A stretch of DNA of 28,150 nucleotides from an uncultured Acidimicrobiaceae bacterium (GTDB lineage Bacteria; Actinomycetota; Acidimicrobiia; Spongiisociales; UBA5794): the NCBI GenBank assembly GCA_964441975.1, contig CAYTWC010000001.1, positions 1-28,150 of the forward strand. Reading direction: 5' to 3'. The position numbers were made by a program, and so were the translations under genes. The notes under the pieces are model-generated. The model was not told where the DNA came from and searched no databases. It saw only the letters and a program-made list of their open reading frames with translations. Positions within the stretch are counted from its first letter, which is position 1. Each line of letters opens with the position of its first letter. Below, piece by piece: positions 25,725-28,150 of this stretch.

Positions 25725-26762
25725 ATGACGAAGGCCGAGAAGTGGCGAATTCTGGGGAAAGTCCTCTTTTTCACGGTGCCCATCGGCATGCTGCTCGGAC
25801 TCATGCTCGGCTGGTTCATCGGTGGCGCCGGCACGGCAATGGCGACCGGAGTCTTGACCGGACTCTTCATCACCGTGGGGTTCGTGACGTTCGACGTGAG
25901 CTGGGTACTCGGGCTCATTCCTCGCGGTTGGCGTGAAGCGCCGTTCCTCGTCGTACTCATCTCGCGCAGTGTCATATGGCTGGCGATCATCGTCGTCGGA
26001 ATCAGCGTGCCGCTCCTCACCCTCACTGATCTGTCTCTTGCAGAACTATTCGACCAGACATTCACGATCGTCGTGATCGCCAGCTTCCTCGCTGCCCTCG
26101 TTGTCAACTTCGTCGGTCAAGTCAACCGTCTGCTCGGACGTGGTGTGCTGGTGAGTCTGATTCTCGGCCGATACCACCGACCCCGCGAAGAGGTCCGGGT
26201 CTTCCTACTCATCGACGTTCGCGGATCCACCCAGATCGCCGCACTGCTGGGCAACCTCCGCTACCACGACTTTCTTCGGAGGTTCATCAGCGACGTCACG
26301 GCGAGCGTCGTGCGCCATCGCGGCGACGTGTACCGCTACGTGGGTGACGAAGTGATCCTCACATGGACCGCGGAGGAAGGGTTGCGCGACGCACGATGTG
26401 TGAGAGCGGTGTTCGACATCTCCGATACCTTGGACGCCGCACGTACTGAGTACGAAGCCGAGTTCGGTGTCGCACCGGACTTCTGGTCCGGCCTTCACCT
26501 GGGTCAGGTCGTTGCCGGCGAGGTCGGGACGATCAAACACGAAATCGCCTATCTCGGCGATGCGCTGAACGTGGCGGCTCGGGTCGAACAGGCGTGCAAG
26601 GAGCTCGACCACCGGTTTCTCGCATCAGCCGATGTCGTCTCGGCATTCGAGCTGCCGTCCGAGTTCACAAGTGTGAGCATCGGTCCGATCGAGCTAGTCG
26701 GCGTCGCCGCCCCTGTGGAACTGTTCGCCATCACGCGAGCCGAGCATCGGACTCGTGTTTGA
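25725..26762 (+). CDS. 4-TM class III nucleotidyl cyclase with non-canonical base-selecting residues
   Basis: Four hydrophobic segments, then YHRPREEVRVFLLIDVRGST, YRYVGDEV, GLHLGQVVAGEVG, HEIAYLGDALNVAARVE. Start moved from 25269 (which overlaps the HNH gene) to ATG 25725. Confidence 0.9.
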   Translation: MTKAEKWRILGKVLFFTVPIGMLLGLMLGWFIGGAGTAMATGVLTGLFITVGFVTFDVSWVLGLIPRGWREAPFLVVLISRSVIWLAIIVVGISVPLLTLTDLSLAELFDQTFTIVVIASFLAALVVNFVGQVNRLLGRGVLVSLILGRYHRPREEVRVFLLIDVRGSTQIAALLGNLRYHDFLRRFISDVTASVVRHRGDVYRYVGDEVILTWTAEEGLRDARCVRAVFDISDTLDAARTEYEAEFGVAPDFWSGLHLGQVVAGEVGTIKHEIAYLGDALNVAARVEQACKELDHRFLASADVVSAFELPSEFTSVSIGPIELVGVAAPVELFAITRAEHRTRV

Positions 26763-26857
26763 TCCGGAACAAGGAATCTGGCGTGCACACTGCCGTCCTG
26801 ATCCAAGGCACACAACCGGATGCGCTGCGCGCGTGGCAGGACGACGCCACCGCTGAT

Positions 26858-27997
26858 CTAGTCGGAGCCCTTTCGATGGTCCGGTCGGGACGGACGGAGT
26901 CGGATGTGGAACGTCCGCACCTTCGGAAGCGGTTCGACCTCAAGCGTGATGTGGCGCGATCCGAGTCTGGAACTGAACCCGTACAGGGCATGACTCCGCT
27001 TGGCGATCAGCGCCGCAGCACCGAGGACAGCAACACCAGCAGCGAGAAGGAACAGACCGACGAGCCCGAAACTTCGCATCTGCTCGAACGATGCGCCGGT
27101 CACGGGCAGCGTCGGGGGAACCGTGGAAGGGGGCAGGGTGCTCGGTGGCTGCGTGATCGTCGTCGCAAGTACCGGCGGGAACACGGTGGCATCGTCCGTG
27201 TCGGTCACTTGCGTCCCGTTCGGACCGGTACCGATGGCTGTCGCCTCGTTCGTGAACGGCGAGATGCCATTCAGGTTTCCGACGGAGCATGTGTACTCGT
27301 ATGACTCTCCGACCGCCAGATCGGGCAGGTCGGGCTGGGCGCATGCAGATTCCGGGTCGACGATCGACGCTATCTCATCGGTCACGTGGACGTCCGTCAA
27401 CGGGACAGGTCCGATGTTTGTCACCTTGATCGTGAAGTGACCAATCCCATCCCTGCCGTAATCGGTCGGAGTTGCCGTCTTGTCGATGGCGATATCGGGC
27501 TGCGATCCAGCGGTCGTCGTGGTGGTCGTGCTCGTCGATGTCGAAGTCGACGTGGTGGTGGTCGAGGACGAGGTCGTTGTCGTCGTCGGCGGTGCACAAT
27601 CTCCGAGGGTGACCGTCATCCCGCCACTGAAGACGCCGTCGCGCCCCATACGGAGGGAAACAGTGATCGTCTCGCCGAGCGTGAGCGTCCCATCCCCCGG
27701 AGTTACGGCGCCGGGTGCGCGTTCAACGTCTGCGAGGACCATCGAGTCGCCGTCGGATGCAACAATCAGGTCGTTGCCCGGATGAACCGACGACTGGTTC
27801 TCAGCGGCCGCAACGACAGGGCATGTCAACCCGACCAATTCGGACGGGGTGGTCGCCTGGTCGAGACGCGTGACCGAGCCCTCATCGGCATAAACCACCG
27901 TATCGATCGATATCTCGACGATCGCCGCATGGGCGACCGGAATGCCTACGACGAGCAGCGCTACCAGCATGGCAACAGCTGCGAGGATGCGTTTCAC
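26858..27997 (-). CDS. Secreted surface protein with Thr/Ser linker, DUF11-like Ig domain and LPXTG-like (LPVTG) sorting signal
   Basis: Signal MKRILAAVAMLVALLVVGIPVAHA; PPTTTTTSSSTTTT linker; IAIDKT...FTIKVTNIGPVPLTDVHVTD; LPVTG (27085-27099) + TM + KR. GTG 27997 with SD GGAAGGA 7 nt upstream. Confidence 0.88.
   Translation of the reverse strand: MKRILAAVAMLVALLVVGIPVAHAAIVEISIDTVVYADEGSVTRLDQATTPSELVGLTCPVVAAAENQSSVHPGNDLIVASDGDSMVLADVERAPGAVTPGDGTLTLGETITVSLRMGRDGVFSGGMTVTLGDCAPPTTTTTSSSTTTTSTSTSTSTTTTTTAGSQPDIAIDKTATPTDYGRDGIGHFTIKVTNIGPVPLTDVHVTDEIASIVDPESACAQPDLPDLAVGESYEYTCSVGNLNGISPFTNEATAIGTGPNGTQVTDTDDATVFPPVLATTITQPPSTLPPSTVPPTLPVTGASFEQMRSFGLVGLFLLAAGVAVLGAAALIAKRSHALYGFSSRLGSRHITLEVEPLPKVRTFHIRLRPSRPDHRKGSD
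27512..27591 (-). repeat. Low-complexity Thr/Ser-coding tract
   Basis: ACG/ACC/TCG-rich codons encoding PPTTTTTSSSTTTTSTSTSTSTTTTTT. Confidence 0.85.
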
Positions 27998-28150
27998 GAC
28001 GGAGTCCTTCCCAACCGGTCGCACGACGACGACCTATCTGAACCCGGTCCCGATGAAGCCCACCCGTCGGGACCAGATGTGTCCCGTACGGTGCCCATGC
28101 CGTACCGACGTATCGTACCGCATCACGGGCGCGCTCAAGAGTATTGAATC

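Noticed and set aside
28036-28100. SAM-I riboswitch-like fragments (CCCGATGAAGCCC, GGTGCC, AGATG)
   Set aside because: The GAGGGA and GGCAAC elements are missing, the order is wrong, and it lies on the opposite strand from the adjacent gene.
1-28150. CRISPR array, tRNA/rRNA, IS/transposase, integrase, prophage
   Set aside because: By eye I found no regularly spaced repeats, cloverleaf, DDE/tyrosine/serine recombinase motifs or phage genes.

Overview
High-GC actinobacterial chromosome segment. The FG-GAP-like 'FGNPGD..GD(W/F)DGDG' propeller module, LexA box type and gene style suggest Acidimicrobiia (inference). It holds about 17 intact CDS, and I found no rRNA, tRNA, CRISPR array, IS element or clear frameshift. 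The window is unusually rich in signalling genes. Four class III nucleotidyl cyclases of three architectures lie within about 22 kb: two soluble-AC-like tandem-cyclase/STAND-ATPase/TPR proteins that bracket a secreted Ig-repeat protein, one canonical 6-TM Rv1625c-like adenylate cyclase, and one 4-TM cyclase with non-canonical base-selecting residues. A co-directional minus-strand run reads: alpha-oxoamine-synthase-like PLP enzyme, orphan multi-TM histidine kinase, 6-TM adenylate cyclase, lhgO, cyclase-STAND-TPR. It is a candidate signal-synthase/sensor module. Regulatory DNA readable directly from the sequence: a perfect CRP box over the amidohydrolase start, a TTGACA-N17-TAGCAT promoter whose spacer is a LexA box (DUF222-HNH gene), and three GTTGC-N5-GCAA palindromes between yceI-like and marR-like genes. 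All family assignments come from motif recognition by eye; no database searches were run.
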